From positions 6,817,149 through 6,872,243 of the forward strand of contig NC_069006.1 in the NCBI RefSeq assembly GCF_001194135.2: DNA of 55,095 nt. Direction: 5' to 3'. Numbering within the stretch: the first letter of the stretch is position 1; every line of letters starts with the position of its first letter. A program made the translations under genes and the position numbers. The stretch is from Octopus bimaculoides (taxonomy: Eukaryota). The notes under the pieces were generated by a model. That model was not told the DNA's origin and made no database searches. It worked only from the letters and a program-made list of their open reading frames with translations. Below are positions 51,601 to 55,095 of the stretch, piece by piece.

Positions 51601-51889
51601 TGATAAAAGTAATACTGACAGTGATAATAGTAAACGCAATGATCATAGTAGATAATAGTAATGATAGTGGTAATAGCAATGATCAGAGCAAAGAAATTGG
51701 CTATCAACACCTTTTTCCCCTGTAGATTTCCTGAAGAAGGGGTCATAAGCTTGAAATACTGAAATACTAGGTAATAGTATTAAGCATCGAAATGTATTTC
51801 TATATTTTTAACTTGCATTGTTTTGGCTTAAAAAAACAATATTTAAAACATTTATATATATGAAACAATGATTCACGAAAACTGTACTA

Positions 51890-52120
51890 TTCTGATAGCA
51901 ATGATGATAACCATAATGATAATAGCAATGATAATAAATGATGGTAATGATAATAGTAATGATGATAATGATAACCGTAATGATCACAGTGATAATGATA
52001 CTAGCAATGACCATAGTACTAATGATGATGGTGATACCAATAATGATTGGAATAGCAAGGATGATAAATATGACAGCAGTAATAATGATAGTAATAAACA
52101 AAATGAAAACGATTAAAATT
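51890..52120. repeat. Degenerate (GAT/AAT)n trinucleotide tract
   Basis: GATAATGATAATAGC-like units give spurious D/N-, I/T- or M/I-rich ORFs in three frames. Confidence 0.9.
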
Positions 52121-52529
52121 CTAAAGCTACATATACTTAATAAGAAAAGATGAAACAAATAGGGTCTTTTGTAAAGCAATTGATACTGCTTGGATATTAA
52201 AAGCATCAATCAGTGGAGTTCTTAATTTTTAACTAACAAACATCATAAAAATTTCACTCATAAATGAGTAGAATGCAAGACTAAATGACGTTGTATCAGT
52301 TGCGTGTTTGTGTTTGTGCCATCAATCTTATCTAGCCTGCAAGTTAATTGATCAATAACTGCTAATTCAGCTTTCAAATTCTAATCAATCATTACTGTAA
52401 TTTTAAAATTTTCTTCAAATTAATAAAATGTTTGTAGTAAGTTGATACAATGACTGTATCTAAATGTGTGTGTCTCTGTGTGTTTGTGCACTTATGTATG
52501 TGTGTGTTTGCACATTTATGTTTGTGTTA

Positions 52530-52657
<128 letters not shown>

Positions 52658-53175
52658 GGGAGTGAGTGAGTGAGTGTGCATATAAATGAAAGATGCCAAT
52701 TAGAAACTAGAAAGCAGAAATGGAAACCCATTGTATACAACTATAACAAAATGTAATTTGATCTTCATCAAATTTATTTTCTTACCAAAAATATATGCTA
52801 TAATTGCTATTTCAGAAACATTGTTCTTAACATTTTTGACCATTACAGTATAGTTCTAGTCAAAGTTATGAAGATTTATTATTCAGTGAATGGCAATGGG
52901 CTGTTATAATTGCAGATAATCTTAGAATATGTCAAACCTTCACCAGCAATTTTAGTGTTGTTATTCTCTGAAGCAGTGAACTGCATGGCGCTGTGGTTAA
53001 GATGTTTGGCTCGTGATCATTAATGTCATTGGTTCAATTCCTGAACTGGGCAGCATATTGTGTCCTTGCGTAAGCCACTTTATTTCATGTTGTTCCAGTC
53101 AAATCAAATGGAACCCTCATTGTCATAACCAACAGAGTGCCAGTCAATCCACTGGCTAGGCAAGCAGGTTGTCAT

Positions 53176-53211
<36 letters not shown>

Positions 53212-53965
53212 TATATATATATACATAATTATATGTATTTATTCTATCCTAATAAATAATAATTCTGATAGAATAAATGGGTTAATAGAAACCAAGGTAG
53301 CAAAGATCACAAAACAACTGTGGTGTAATTCCTGTTGGTGAGGCAGAAACTCCTTGATATTTTGGGTATTTGAGTATATTTAAAAATTTAAGGAATGGAG
53401 AAAACGCATGTTATAGTTGCATACTTTATTCCGACATCTGTTTCGAAGAATTACAATTTATGCGATCCATAGGAATCGGCNNNNNNNNNNNNNNNNNNNN
53501 NNNNNNNNNNNNNNNNNNNNNNNNNNNNNNNNNNNNNNNNNNNNNNNNNNNNNNNNNNNNNNNNNNNNNNNNNNNNNNNNNNNNNNNNNNNNNNNNNNNN
53601 NNNNNNNNNNNNNNNNNNNNNNNNNNNNNNNNNNNNNNNNNNNNNNNNNNNNNNNNNNNNNNNNNNNNNNNNNNNNNNNNNNNNNNNNNNNNNNNNNNNN
53701 NNNNNNNNNNNNNNNNNNNNNNNNNNNNNNNNNNNNNNNNNNNNNNNNNNNNNNNNNNNNNNNNNNNNNNNNNNNNNNNNNNNNNNNNNNNNNNNNNNNN
53801 NNNNNNNNNNNNNNNNNNNNNNNNNNNNNNNNNNNNNNNNNNNNNNNNNNNNNNNNNNNNNNNNNNNNNNNNNNNNNNNNNNNNNNNNNNNNNNNNNNNN
53901 NNNNNNNNNNNNNNNNNNNNNNNNNNNNNNNNNNNNNNNNNNNNNNNNNNNNNNNNNNNNNNNNN

Positions 53966-54250
53966 AACCAAACAAATACATACGCATATACATATATATA
54001 CATGTATACATACATATACGTATACACACACATGCACATACATACAAATACATATATATATATAAAAAAACCATATGTATTTATATACATATACATGCAT
54101 ACACACAAATACACATATATATACACACACAAAACCTAATCACACATATATACATAGGCATTCATACATATACACATATATACATACATACATATACATA
54201 CATACATACACATATACACACATATACTTACAAACATACATACACACACC

Positions 54251-54324
<74 letters not shown>

Positions 54325-54800
54325 CATATACACACACGCATACACATGTATACACAATTATATACACACACATATATATACACACACACATATATATACA
54401 CACACATACATCCAAATATACACATATATTTATATATATAAAAATACATTTACACAAATACGCACCCATACATATTCACAAATACACTCATATATGAATA
54501 TATAAAGAAACTTACGCATAAATATATCTGTGCACAAAAATGTACATACATCTAATAAAGCATACGTATATGCATATTTATATATTTTTTTATAAGTAAT
54601 AGTAATAAGAATAAAAATAAGGATAAAAATAAAAATAATAATACATAATACATAAATGTACACAAAAATCTATACAAACACATCTAGTTTATACAAAAAC
54701 ATGAATATATATACACACAGACACACACACATATTCTCCCACAGATACACGTGTATATATAAACACTTATACACGTATACTTATACGCACATATATTTTG
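53966..54800. repeat. Long degenerate (TA/CA)n low-complexity tract
   Basis: TACACACATATATA-type mosaic directly after a 485-N gap. Confidence 0.95.
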
Positions 54801-55095
54801 TATGTATTTGCTGTTACATGAATATATCAAGATTTAATATATGTTCTAATTTAGGTTAATAAATAACGAATGTTTAGATAAATTATGTGAATCGTAATCA
54901 ATTTTAATCTTCTAACATGTGAGGGAATTAATAACATGTTTTACTAGAACTATTTGATGAACTCACATATTAAGGGTTAATATGATAGCGTTTTATAAAA
55001 ACAGTGACTGTTATTTAAATGCTGAAAATACATGTTGTTGCCAATGTTTACATCTGTAAGAATTTTCTATGAACGTGTTTACCAGGTTATTCTTT

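Noticed and set aside
51808-52209. Acidic D/N-rich (biomineralisation-like) or hydrophobic ORFs
   Set aside because: Degenerate trinucleotide tract open in three frames on both strands, with no splice or codon evidence.
53370-54663. Multiple 200+ aa ORFs and H/T/Y/I-rich ORFs
   Set aside because: N gap plus TA/CA low-complexity sequence.

Overview
AT-rich (~30% GC), gap-containing eukaryotic genomic DNA, dense in microsatellites and degraded retroposons. The repeat families and LINE remnants match my recollection of octopus (coleoid cephalopod) genomes; this is inference, not a database result. There is no intact gene, operon, rRNA, tRNA or CRISPR array. Nearly all ORFs in the supplied track are microsatellite- or N-driven, or lie on transposon relics. 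Well-supported content: decayed R4/Dong-type LINE (~16.9-18.0 kb), RTE LINE 3' end (~41.1-42.0 kb), Penelope-like RT (~45.1-46.3 kb), dozens of tRNA-derived SINEs (some in tandem clusters), hAT- and piggyBac-type MITEs, a 47-bp minisatellite and a decayed ~27-bp minisatellite. A few splice-bounded open segments on + (1-12.5 kb, 50.6 kb) may be exons of an unidentified host gene. The most unusual signals are structural: a ~270-bp-arm inverted repeat (46954-47548), fold-back elements with decayed hammerhead-ribozyme-like motifs (27166-27340, 23050-23350), an apparently identical 285-bp local copy inserted into the RTE, and several small templated inverted repeats. I cannot support a claim of a new biological system from sequence alone. 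SINE/LINE/MITE boundaries are approximate.
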